DNA from: Phaeosaccion multiseriatum
Taxonomy: Eukaryota; Protista; Ochrophyta, other classes
Direction: 5' to 3'
DNA length: 64,000 nt
Assembly: GCA_965112735.1 (NCBI GenBank)
Contig: OZ218959.1
Coordinates: 682,001-746,000, forward strand
Below, one piece after another: positions 52,359-63,649 of the stretch. How positions within the stretch are numbered: the first letter of the stretch is position 1; every line of letters starts with the position of its first letter. A model generated the notes under the pieces. It ran no database searches, had not been told where the DNA came from, and was given only the letters and a program-made list of their open reading frames with translations. A program made the translations under genes and the position numbers.

Positions 52359-55300
52359 TCCTCCTCACCCTCAACCTCCTGCTCATCCTCCTATCGTACT
52401 TCTTCTCCTCCTCCTCGTCCTTCTCCCCCTCCTCCTCCTGATCCTCTTCCTCCTCCTCCATCTCTTTCCCCCTCCTCCTCCTCCTCCTCCTCCTCCTCCT
52501 CCTCCTCCTCCTCCTCCTCCTCCTCCTCCTCCTCCGCCTCTTACTTCGTCTTCTCCTCTTCTTCCTACTCTCACTCCTCCTCCTACTCCTTCACCTCGTC
52601 CTCCAGCTCCTCTTCCTCCTCCTCCACCTCCTTCTCCTCCTCCTCCTCTTTCTTCTTCTTCTCCTCCCCCTTCTCCTCCTCCCCCTCCTCCTCCTATTCC
52701 TTCTCCTCCTCCTGCTCCTCCTCCTCCTCCTCCACCACCACCTCCTTCTCCTCGTCCTCCTCCTCCTCCTCTCCTTTCATCTTCTCGTCCTCTTCCTCCT
52801 CTCCCTCAACCTCCTGCTCATCCTCCTATCGTACTTCTTCTCCTCCTCCTCGTCCTTCTCCCCCTCCTCCTCCTGATCCTCTTCCTCCTCCTCCATTTCT
52901 TCCCCCCCCCCCTCCTCCTCCTCCTCCTCCTCCTCCTCCTCCTCCTCCTCCTCCTCCTCCTCCGCCTCTTACTTCGTCTTCTCCTCTTCTTCCTACTCTC
53001 ACTCCTCCTCCACCTCCTCCTCTCCTTCCTCCTGCACCTCCTCCTCCTCCTCCTCCTCCTCCTCCTCCTCCTCCTCCTCTTACTTCGTCTTCTCCTCTTC
53101 TTCCTACTCTCACTCCTTCTCCACCTCCTCCTCTCCTTCCTCCTGCCCCTCCTCCTCCTCCCCCTTCCTTGTCTCCTCCTCCTCTTCCTCCTCCTCCTCC
53201 TCCTCCTCCTCCTCCTCCTCCTCCTCCTCCTCCTCCTCCTCCTCCTCCACCTCCCCCTCGGCCTCCTCCTCCCCCTCCTCCTCCGCCTCCTCCTCCTCCC
53301 CCTACTCCTCCACCTCCTCCTCCTCTTATCCTCCTCCTCCTCCTCCTCCTCCTCCTCCTCCTCCTCCTCCTCCGCCTCCTACTTCGTCTTCTCCTCTTCT
53401 TCCTACTCTCACTCCTCCTCCACCTCCTCCTCTCCTTCCTCCTGCACCTCCTCCTCCTCCTCCTCCTCCTCCTCCTCCTCCTCCTCCTCCTCTTACTTCG
53501 TCTTCTCCTCTTCTTCCTACTCTCACTCCTTCTCCACCTCCTCCTCTCCTTCCTCCTGCCCCTCCTCCTCCTCCCCCTTCCTTGTCTCCTCCTCCTCTTC
53601 CTCCTCCTCCTCCTCCTCCTCCTCCTCCTCCTCCTCCTCCTCCTCCTCCTCCTCCTCCTCCACCTCCCCCTCGGCCTCCTCCTCCCCCTCCTCCTCCGCC
53701 TCCTCCTCCTCCCCCTACTCCTCCACCTCCTCCTCCTCTTACTCCTCCTCCTCCTCCTCCTCCTCCTCCTCCTCCTCCTCCGCCTCCTACTTCGTCTTCT
53801 CCTCTTCTTCCTACTCTCACTCCTCCTCCACCTCCTCCTCTCCTTCCTCCTCCTCCTCCTCCTGTTCCTCCTCCCCCTTCCTTGTCTCCTCCTCCCATTA
53901 CTCCTCCTCCTCCTCCTCCTCCTCCTCCTCCTCCTCCTCCTCCGCCTCCTACTTCGTCTTCTCCTCTTCTTCCTACTCTCACTCCTCCTCCACCTCCTCC
54001 TCTCCTTCCTCCTGCCCCTCCTCCTCCTCCCCCTTCCTTGTCTCCTCCTCCTCTTCCTCCTCCTCCTTCCCTCCTCCTCCTCCTCCTCCTCCTCCTCCAC
54101 CTCCACCTCGTCCTCCTCCTCTTCCTCCTCCTCCGCCTCCTCCTCCTCCCCCTACTCCTCCACCTCGTCCTCCTCCTCCTCCTCCTCCTCCTCCTCCTCC
54201 TCCTCCTCCTCCTCCTTCTCCTCCTCCTCCTCCTCTTTCAACTTCTTCTCCTCCCCCTTCTCCTCCTCCCTCTTCTCCCTTACCTCCTCCTCCTCGTCCT
54301 CCCCCGCCTCCTCCTCCTCCTCCTACTCCTCCACCTCGTCCTCCAACTCCTCTTCCTCCTCCTCCACCTCCTTCTCCTCCTCCTCCTCTTTCTTCTTCTT
54401 CTCCTCCCCCTTCTCCTCCTCCCCCACCTCCTCCTCTTCCTTCTCCTCCTCCTGCACCTCCTCCTCCTCCTCCACCACCACCTCCTTCTCCTCGTCCTCC
54501 TCCTCCTCTCCTTTCATCTTCTCGTCCTCTTCCTCCTCACCCTCAACCTCCTGCTCATCCTCCTATCGTACTTCTTCTCCTCCTCCTCGTCCTTCTCCCC
54601 CTCCTCCTCCTGATCCTCTTCCTCCTCCTCCATCTCTTTCCCCCTCCTCCTCCTCCTCCTCCTCCTCCTCCTCCTCCTCCTCCTCCTCCTCCTCCTCCTC
54701 CTCCTCCTCCTCCGCCTCTTACTTCGTCTTCTCCTCTTCTTCCTACTCTCACTCCTCCTCCTACTCCTTCACCTCGTCCTCCAGCTCCTCTTCCTCCTCC
54801 TCCACCTCCTTCTCCTCCTCCTCCTCTTTCTTCTTCTTCTCCTCCCCCTTCTCCTCCTCCCCCTCCTCCTCCTATTCCTTCTCCTCCTCCTGCTCCTCCT
54901 CCTCCTCCTCCACCACCACCTCCTTCTCCTCGTCCTCCTCCTCCTCCTCTCCTTTCATCTTCTCGTCCTCTTCCTCCTCTCCCTCAACCTCCTGCTCATC
55001 CTCCTATCGTACTTCTTCTCCTCCTCCTCGTCCTTCTCCCCCTCCTCCTCCTGATCCTCTTCCTCCTCCTCCATTTCTTCCCCCCTCCTCCTCCTCCTCC
55101 TCCTCCTCCTCCTCCTCCTCCTCCTCCTCCTCCTCCTCCTCCGCCTCTTACTTCGTCTTCTCCTCTTCTTCCTACTCTCACTCCTCCTCCACCTCCTCCT
55201 CTCCTTCCTCCTGCACCTCCTCCTCCCCCTTCCTTGTCTCCTCCTCCTCTTCCTCCTCCTCCTCCTCCTCCTCCTCCTCCTCCTCCTCCACCTCCTCCTC

Positions 55301-57120
55301 GTCCTCCTCCTCTACCTCCTCCTCCTCCTCCTCCTCCTCCCCCTACTCCTCCCCCTCCTCCTCCTCTTCCTCCTCCTCCTCCTCCTCCTCCTCCTCCTCC
55401 TCCTCCTCCTCCTCCTCCTCCTCCTCCTCCTCCTCCTCCTCCTTCCCCTCCTCCTCCTCTTCCAACTTCTTCTCCGCCCCCTTCTCGTCCTCCCTCTTCT
55501 CCCTTACCTCCTCCTCCTCGTCCTCCTCCGCCTCCTCCTCCTCCTCCTCCTCCTACTCCTCCACCTCCTCCGCCAACTCCTCTTTCTCCTCCTCCTCCTC
55601 CTCCTCCTCCTCCTCCTCCTCCTTCTCCCCCTCCTCCTCCTCATCCTCTTCCTCCTCCACCTCCTTCTCCGCGCACTCCTCTCCCTCCTCCCGCTTCTCC
55701 TCCTTTCCCTCTCCTCACCCACATCCTCCTCTCCTTCCTTCTCCCCCTACTCCTCCTGCTACTCTTCCTCCTCCTGTCCCTCCTCCTCCTCCTCCTCCTC
55801 CTCCTACTGCTGCTGCACCTTCTCCTCCTGCTACTCTTCCTCCTCCTGTCCCTCCTCCTCCTGTCCCTCCTCCTCCTCCTCCTCCTCTTCCTCCTCCCGT
55901 CCCTCCTTCTCCTCCTCCTACTACTACTACTGCTGCTCCTTCTCCTCCTCCTCCTCCTCCTCCTCCTCCTCCTCCTCCTCCTCCTCCTCCTCCTCCTCCT
56001 CCTCCTCCTCCTCCTCCCCCTCCTCCTCCTCCTTCGTCCTCCTCCTCCTCTTTCTCCTACTCCTCCTCCTCCTCCTCCTCCCCCTCCTCCTTCTCCTCCT
56101 CCTTCTCCTCCTCCTCCTCCTCCTCCTCCTACTCCTTCTCCTCCTCCTCCTCCTTCTCCTCCTCCTCTTCCTCCTGCTCCTCCTGCTCCTCCTCCTCCTC
56201 CTCCTCCTCCTCCCCCTCCTCCTCCTCCTCCTTCTCCCCCTCCTCCTTCTCCTGCTCCTCCTCCTCTTCCACCTCCTTCTCCTCCTCCTCCTCCTCCTCT
56301 CCCTGCGTCTTCTCGTCCTCGTCCTCCTCCTCCTGGTCCTCCTCCTCCACCTCCTCCTCCTCCTTTTAGTCCTCCTCCTCCTCCTCCTCCTCCTCCTAGT
56401 CCTCCTCTTCCTCCTCCTCCTCCTCCTAGTCCTCCTCCTCCTCTTCCTCATCCTCCACCTCCTCCTCCTCCTCCTCCTCGTTCTTCTTCTTCTCCTCCCC
56501 CTTCTCCTCCTCCCCCTCTTCCTCCTCTTCCTCCTCCTCCTCCTCCTCCTCCTCCTCCTTCTCCCCCTCCTCCTCCTCCTGCTCCTCCGCCTCCACCTCC
56601 TGCTCCTCCTCCTCCACCTCCTTCTCCTCGTCCTCCACCTCCTCTCCCTTCGTCTTCTCGTCCTCTTCCTCCTGTCACTCTACCTCCTTCTCATCCTCCT
56701 ATCCTACTTCTTCTCCTCCTCCTCGTCCTTCTCCCCCTCCTCCTCCTGATCCTCTTCCTCCTCCTCCACCTCTTCCCCCCTCTCCTCCTCCTCCTCCTCC
56801 TCCTCCTCCTCCTCCTCCCCCTCCTCCTCCTCATCCTCTTCCTCCTCCACCTCCTTCTCCTCGTCCTCCTCTCCCTCCTCCCGCTTCTCCTCCTCTCCCT
56901 CTCCTCACCCACATCCTCCTCTCCTTCCTTCTCCCCCTCCTCCTCCTGCTACTCTTCCTCCTCCTGTCCCTCCTCCTCCTCCTACTACTACTACTACTAC
57001 TACTGCTGCTCCTTCTCCTCCTGCTACTCTTCCTCCTCCTGTCCCTCCTCCTCCTCCTCCTCCTCCTCCTCCTCCACCTCCTCCTCCTCCTCCTAGTCCT
57101 CCTCTTTCTCCTCCTCCCCC

Positions 57121-57401
57121 GCCTTCTTACATGCCTGTCAGTTAAGGTCGATCCTTCCCCCCCCTCCGAAAACTCCTCCGAAAACCTTGGGGGGGTAACT
57201 ACCTAGGATTTCTCCCACACCGAGCCCGTTACCTCGAATTTCAGTGTCATGGCCAACTTTCGCCCTCGGAAATTTTCTCACCATCCTCAGAATCGAACCC
57301 CGTCTGGGCATGTAAGAAAGCATCCTTTTGCTAGGCTGGCAGCTACCCCCTTGAATATTCAGTGGATAGCTGCCAGCCTAGCAAAAGGATGCCTTCTTAC
57401 A
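57121..57401. other. 281-bp complex island with a 91-nt near-perfect palindrome (57311-57401); MITE-like, SINE-like or hairpin RNA, unresolved
   Basis: 35-bp arms with one mismatch. GCCTTCTTACA occurs at both ends, with an inverted copy inside. Confidence 0.7.
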
Positions 57402-58102
57402 CCTCCTCCTCCTCCTCCTCCTCCTCCTCCTCCTTCTCCTCCTACTTCTCCTCCTCCTTCTCCTCCTCCTCCTCCTTCTCCTCCTCCTTCTCCTTCTCCT
57501 CCTCCTCCTCCTGCTCCACCTCCTCCTCCTCCTCCTCCTCCTCCTCCTCCTCCTCCTCCTCCTCCTCCTCCTCTTTCTCCCCCTCCTCCTCCTGCTCCTC
57601 CTCCTCCTCCCCCTCCTTCTCCTCGTCCTCCTCCTCCTCTCCCTTCGTCTTCTCGTCCTCTTCCTCCTCTCACTCAACCTCCTCCTCATCCTCTTATCCT
57701 ACTTCTTCTCTTCCTCCTCTTCCTCCCCCTCCTCCTCCTCCTCCTCCTCCTCCTCCTCCTCCTCCTCCTCCTGCTCCTCCTCCTTCTCCTCCTCCTGCTC
57801 CTCCTCCTGCTCTTCCTCCTCCTGCTACTCCTGCTCCTCCTCCTCCTCCTCCTCCTCCTCCTGCTCTTCCTCCTCCTCCTCCTGGTCCTCCTGCTCTTCT
57901 TCCTCCTAATCCTCGTCCTCCCGCTCTTCCTCCTCCTCCACTCCTCCTCTCCATCCTCCTGCCCCTCCTCCTCCTCCCCTTTCTTAGTCTTCTCCTCCAC
58001 CTCCTCCTCCTCTCCTCCTCCTCCTCCTCCTCCTCCTCCTCCTCTTCCTCTTCCTCCTCCTCCTCCTCCTCCTCCTCCTCCTCCTCCTCCGTCTCCTCCT
58101 CC

Positions 58103-59328
58103 TGAGCCACCTGAGATGTGGGACAGACCACACACCCCAGACAACCAACAAGCAAGGGGTTCTTATCCTATGTTGAGCGTGTATTTGCTTTCCTTATCAA
58201 TCTCACTTCCTTATCTATCCTCCTCCTGCGACATGCCGTTCATATGAGGCGTACGTTCCCCAACTGGCGACAATCCGGATTCGAACATACCAAACACCTT
58301 TGAGACTCCACAACTTCCCCCCCCCAAGGCCGAGGCCAACCAGCCAAGGACTGAGAAAACTGTGGGGCGAAAAGGAGCAGCTCACACACAAACCTCTAAT
58401 AGAACTATAGCAAACCAATGGGGAAAGAAACAAAGTCCAAAACCCCATGCATCTAGCAGCAAGCAAAGCAGCAAAGCATCAACTTCTTCAGCAAACAAAA
58501 GAAAATAACTGTGTACAACACCAAAAAGAAAAAAATGAGAACAACCACATACTAACCGACCCGTACCCGTTGTGCACACAGCGAGCTGAAGCATGAATAC
58601 CGATCAATGCCAACCCCCCAAGTCGTAGCGCCAGCAGTGTTGCCTCCAAAAGAAATCAAGCTCTCGAGCTCCAGAAGAGTTGATCAGACCCTTCGCAATA
58701 AGCAGCAGTAGCAGTAGCAGCAATCCCATAAATAAAGCAAACCAAATCCCAAATGCGTGCAGCGAATCCTCGTCTCAATGTGTGTCATCAAAGGACGGCA
58801 ATACCTCCAAACAAAGCCACAAGCAGAGCAGCATAATCCAATTTCCATAGCAAGCACCAAGTAACCAGCTCCAGCAGCATCCATGCGGCATATACAATGC
58901 AAAAACACTATGCAATCCGCTGGCAAGGCTAGCATAAGCAGCAAAGCGCGTCGAATCCAGCAAATTCAAATTCTTTTCGGAATCACAGATCCAAAAATGT
59001 CCATATAACCAACCCCTGTAGAAAAGCCGAAAATGCCCTCACAGAAGCACTCATGTTTTCCACTCCAAGCTCCTCGAACATCAGCTCGTAGAAGCTATCC
59101 TTCAGCATACGCCGTACCAAGACCACTCCGCTGCGATTCCAATCATCCGCCGCGAACTTCCGCTGTACCAGCTGAACAATACAACGAATGCAAAACACCT
59201 CGGTGCTGCGGTCCCGAAAAACGAACAAAGTTGAGCCACCTGAGATGTGGGACAGACCACACACCCCAGACAACCAACAAGCAAGGGGTTCTTATCCTAT
59301 GTTGAGCGTGTATTTGCTTTCCTTATCA
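58103..59328 (-). mobile_element. LTR retrotransposon fragment: 3' LTR 58103-58312, PPT 58314-58325, internal region, then a second LTR 59232-59328 cut by the Ngaro-like element
   Basis: 210-bp TG...CA repeat present five times in the window, two copies partial. A G-run plus AAG-T immediately precedes the LTR on the - strand. No gag/pol retained. Confidence 0.85.
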
Positions 59329-59624
59329 TTCTCGCAGTCGTTGCGCTCCATCCAAACCGGGTACCCATTGAGAGGCCTCGCTCCTCCACATTCAGTCGTC
59401 GCCAATGCTGGGGGATAAACTTTTCATTAAGAGTGCAGTCCTGTGGGGGACTCACCTCGAGGCACATAGTGTCTCCGGGGTGTCGCTCCCCTGACGGGGG
59501 CGAGCACGGGCCTTTGGGGGCAGCGGTTCCTCTGAACCGCTCATCCCCCTTAACTACTGAGTATCTAACTACTAAGTACTAAAACTACTCTAGATGGGTG
59601 CGTGGGTGGAAAAGAAAAAACCTT

Positions 59625-59836
59625 TGAGCTACCTGGAATGTGAGACAGACCACACACCCCAGACAACCAACAAGCAAAGGGAGTCTTATCCTATGTTGAG
59701 CGTGTATTAGCTTTCCTTCTTCTATCTCACTTTCCTATCTATCCTCCTCCTGCGACATGCCGTTCATAGGAGGTGCGCATTCCCCAACTGGCGACAATCC
59801 GGATTCGAACATACCAAACACCTTTGAGACTCCACA
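59625..59836 (-). mobile_element. Solo LTR (210-bp family) inserted in the A repeat of the Ngaro-like element
   Basis: TGAG...CACA flanked by the 4-bp TSD CCTT (59621-59624 and 59837-59840). Confidence 0.88.
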
Positions 59837-60582
59837 CCTTTGGCTAGACGAGAGCACCATCTTGCTAGCGGGTCAGGCCAAGGTTCTCAAACTTCTACTA
59901 GATGCGTGTGCGTAGCGCAAGCCCTTGCGACAGTTAGCATTGGGGGCACCTCTTGTGTTTGCGACAGTAAGCATGACACAAGTAAGCACACAGCATCCTC
60001 ACCCTCACAAGGGAAGCAGTCGGGCCCTACTGCAATCCTTGCTTTCCTACACCACAGTCTCTACTCTCCTCCCTGCTTGCACACACCCCCGCGTACCTGC
60101 TCTCGATCTCCTTCAATCACGGTAGGGTGGCGAGTACAGCAGGGCTCCTCCTCTTCTGAGCTCCTCGAGCAGCAGAAAACACTGCTTCCATCTGCTACCA
60201 TATATATTTCTATCCTAAAAACCCCCCTCGGGGTCCACACACGCACCCACGCTCCACACCCTACCCCTCGGCTCTCAAGACCCTGTTTATCCGTCGACTC
60301 CACTCTGCGAGAACGGAACTTCCGTGGCTTCGCTGCTGAAGCAGCGTTCTCGCAGTCGTTGCGCTCCATCCAAACCGGGTACCCATTGAGAGGCCTCGCT
60401 CCTCCACATTCAGTCGTCGCCAATGCTGGGGGATAAACTTTTCATTAAGAGTGCAGTCCTGTGGGGGACTCACCTCGAGGCACATAGTGTCTCCGGGGTG
60501 TCGCTCCCCTGACGGGGGCGAGCACGGGCCTTTGGGGGCAGCGGTTCCTCTGAACCGCTCATCCCCCATTCACCCAAAGTCC

Positions 60583-61623
60583 TCAGGGCGCTGCCGTGTC
60601 GGCATGCAGCATGCGCCCTGCCCAGCCCAGAGCCTCCTCCACTGTGCGGTGCGCGTACTGAAAGGCTGTGGCCGAAGCCCACCTGCCCCAGAACTGCAGG
60701 AGTCGCCAGTCAGCGCCACTTGCTGCCAAGGCCGTAGCCCCACCGCTCCGCAGGGAGTGGGACGAGATGCGTGCTGGATCCCTACCAATCTGCTGAGCTC
60801 CCCTCTTCAGTGCCTTGCTGACTTGGTGGGAGGTGACGCACTTCCTCCTCCCCACCTCGTCCACATAGGAGGAAAGAAGGGCACTACCCCCTGCTGCCTC
60901 CCGTTCCTGCTCCGTTCGTCGGTAGTGGCAGCGCACCGCCTCCAGGGCAGCCTCCACTGGACACAAGTCGACAACACCCGTCCGCTCATGTGTCCGCACT
61001 TCTCCTCTCCTGAAGGTGTCAGTCTTGCTACCAGTGAAGACGAGAGTGACGCGGCACAGCTCCACTCCCTCCTTAATCGCGGCAAGCGCCTCTTACCCTG
61101 TGTAGCTCCGACTCGCTCTATCTGCGAAGGTAACATCATGATGAGTGAGAATGTAGTCTTCGTCTGTCTCTCCACTCACACTGTTCGGGGCGAACTCGCT
61201 CACTCGCATGAGAAAGAACCACCCCAGGAGGATGAGGGCCCCTAACATGTGCCCTCTCTCCCCCTCCCCTCGCAGCTCCCGTCTGGTGCTGCGGAGAATA
61301 TCCACGTCTACTGGCAGCTGCTGTACGCTGTCTCCGTCCTCCAGCCTGTAGCTCCGAAGGAGCAGGTGGACCTGCCTCCCGACTGCAGGCCCCTTGAGCC
61401 CCTCCCGCGAGAAGAGGTCATTCACCCCTGGGCCCTTGCCCCTCAGAGTGGCCGCACTGTTGCCCCGCTCCTCTCGGCACCACGCTACGAACGCCATGAA
61501 CACCTCCGCATTGCGGGGGTCGTCGTCTCCGAACAGTTACACGGGAACTCCTGCTAGACCGCAGAAATCAGCCCACTGACGCTGGACCGTCGCGTAGCGA
61601 CGAACGGTTGCAGGCCTGAGACC
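60583..61623 (-). pseudogene. Tyrosine recombinase of the Ngaro-like element, with two in-frame TAA stops
   Basis: One frame reads TVRRYATVQRQWADFC, FFLMRVSEF, SKTD, CPV, HSLRSGGAT, GRWAS, AFQYA. TAA at 61537-61539 and 61093-61095. Confidence 0.9.
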
Positions 61624-62510
61624 GCTCGCTGCGGCTCCCCACGCAAGGTTGCGAAAACGGACTCCATAATCGTTGAGTTGGGCTCCAGCTGCTGCCACTC
61701 CGTCAGCGGCTGAAACATGGGAGAGATGGGAGAAAGGTGGTCAGTACCGATGAGATAATCGAGGGAGTGGCGGCTGAGGCCGTCGGGGATGATGTTCTTC
61801 GCCCCTTCGACGTGCTCGACGTTGAGGCTGCACTGCGCTCCGATCTCCAGAAGGCCCACTAGTCCTGCCAGACCATTGGAAATGTCACTGTTGGCCGCTC
61901 CCTGGTGCTCAATCCACGAGAGGGAGCTGGTGTTGTCCCCTCTGACCAAGACGCCAGCGAGACAGAAGCAGGCTGGGTCGTGCAGCCAAAAAGTGCAGAT
62001 GCCCACCACAATCACTGCCATCTCGAGGTCGTTGATGGAGATAAGCTGTGGTGACGCCTGGTGAGCAGCCCGTACCTCGGGAGGCCACTCCCACTGCGCG
62101 AAAAGTCCTGCAGCCTCCCACACAATGCCTCCCCCCCTGATAGCCCCCTCTGAGTCCACCCACACTGCTGCATCTCCATCCAATACGATATCCGGGACTC
62201 GCTTCACCATCAATTCCAAAGGGCGGACCAAGACGGAGGGATCTTTCACCCCCCAATCTAGAAGATCCCGCCACCGTTGCAGGTCGAAATGCGCTTGAGA
62301 GGAGAGCGTGATGCGAGCGTGGGGCGACAAGCCGCAGTGCCGAGTGAGGTTGGTGAGCTGGCGGAGCATGTAGCGACCGGGTCCTACGCAGTAGCTCATG
62401 CTCCGGAGTTTCCCGATGACAGACTGGAGCTCCTTCAGCGAGCAAAAATGGCGCTCGGGCCCCCACTCCGCCAAAAGAAGCTGCAGCTCCTCCAGCTTAT
62501 CGGGGCGGAG
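61554..62510 (-). pseudogene. RT thumb plus DIRS-type RNase H; RT core missing
   Basis: PDKLEEL, KELQSVIGKL, DGDAA, INDLEMA, GDNTSSL, HVEGAKNIIPDGLSR. Truncated at an LTR fragment. Confidence 0.9.
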
Positions 62511-62672
62511 AGCAAGGGGTTCATATCCTATGTTGAGCGTGTATTTGCTTTCCTTATCAATCTCACTTCGTTATCTATCCTCCTCCTGCGACATGCCGTT
62601 CATATGAGGCGTACGTTCCCCAACTGGCGACAATCCGGATTCGAACATACCAAACACCTTTGAGACTCCACA
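62511..62672 (-). mobile_element. Partial 210-bp-family LTR
   Basis: Near-identical to 58151-58312 and ends CACA; no adjacent PPT. Confidence 0.88.
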
Positions 62673-63458
62673 CGACTTGGGGGGTTGGCATTGATCGGTA
62701 TTCATGCTTCAGCTCGCTGTGTGCACAACGGGTACGGGTCGGTTAGTATGTGGTTGTTCTCATTTTTCTTTTTGGTGTTGTGTCACACCGTTATTTTCTT
62801 TTGTTTGCCGAAGAAGTTGGTGCTACGCTTTGGAATATGGATGCTTTGCTGCTTAGCTTGCTGCTAGATGCATGGGGTTTTGGACTTTGTTTCTTTCCCC
62901 ATTATGTTGCTATAGTTCTATTAGAGGTTTGTGTGTGAGCTGCTCCTTTTCGCCCCACAGTTTTCTCAGTCCTTGGCTGGTTGGCCTCGGTCTTGGGGGG
63001 GGAAGTTGTGGAGTCTCAAAGGTGTTTGGTATGTTCGAATCCGGATTGTCGCCATTTGGGGAACACGTGCTTCATATGAATGGCATGTCGCAGGAGGAGG
63101 ATAGATAGGAAAGTGAGATAGAGAAAGGAAAGCTAATACACGCTCAACATAGGATACGAACCCCTTGCTTGTTGGTTGTCTGGGGTGTGTGGTCTGTCCC
63201 ACATCCCAGGCGGCTCAGTTCGCGGCGGACGATTGGAATCGCAGCGGAGTGGTCTTGGTACGGCGTGTGCAGAAGGGTAACTTCTACGAGTTGATGTTCG
63301 AAGAGCTTGGAGCGGAAAACATGAGCGCTTCTGTGAGGGCATTTTCGGCTTTTCTACAGGGGTTGGATATACGTACACTTTTGGATCTGTGATTCCGAAA
63401 AGAATCCGAATTTGCTGCTTTGGGCGCGCTTTGCTGCTTCCACTAGCCGTGCCAGAGG
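62673..63458 (+). mobile_element. Inverted copy of the LTR family: 3'UTR, PPT (62996-63005), LTR 63007-63217, then internal sequence
   Basis: Reverse complement of 58103-58625, followed by the reverse complement of about 58918-59158. Confidence 0.88.
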
Positions 63459-63649
63459 ACTGAGCAGTGTATTTCGCTCAGTGGCTCGCCCCCCCCCCAG
63501 CACACCATCCCAAGCGAGTGGGGTTAGGGTGATGGTCAGCAGGGGGCGTGCGAAGGCACCTCTTCAAAGGACACTGACTCTGCCCGTGGCGACACCAGCG
63601 GCTCCTCCCTCGCCATCATTCCTCCCCCAGCAGCGGGGAGCGCAGCCCC

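Larger units (their letters stand above)
26230..58102 (+). repeat. About 32-kb (TCC)n-derived polypyrimidine/polypurine satellite with higher-order duplications
   Basis: Pure TCC run at 26230-26673, then degenerate TCC with recurring marker words (ctcaaacggttcc, tgcgcccgctcc, ccctttttaagcatt, ctgatcctct). Confidence 0.97.
59329..62510 (-). mobile_element. 5'-truncated tyrosine-recombinase retrotransposon (DIRS order, Ngaro-like)
   Basis: RT-thumb/RNase H followed by an overlapping YR, with no methyltransferase domain between them. Split direct repeats B1 (60347-60566), A2, B2 (59329-59548). Confidence 0.9.

Noticed and set aside
57240-57300. Hammerhead ribozyme (CUGAGGA...GAAA on the - strand)
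   Set aside because: No credible stem II, III or I could be built around the core.
26167-58247. Giant ORFs (4423, 2826, 2082 aa and others) of poly-S/P/L, or poly-E/R/G on the other strand
   Set aside because: TCC repeats lack stops by construction. The repeat register shifts arbitrarily, the poly-Glu frame contains TAG/TAA, and there is no domain content.
60583-61623. TAA-to-Gln reassignment or RIP-like CpA-to-TpA mutation explaining the YR stops
   Set aside because: ADSL terminates at TAA. The closely linked B repeats, ideal RIP substrates, appear unmutated, and LTR copies show no consistent C-to-T bias.
58103-62672. One intact LTR element containing the YR element
   Set aside because: The flanks (CTCC versus CGAC) give no TSD, there is no PBS, and the LTR pieces either side of the YR element overlap by about 50 bp.
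63519-63530. Telomere-like GGGTTAGGG
   Set aside because: Single occurrence, expected by chance.
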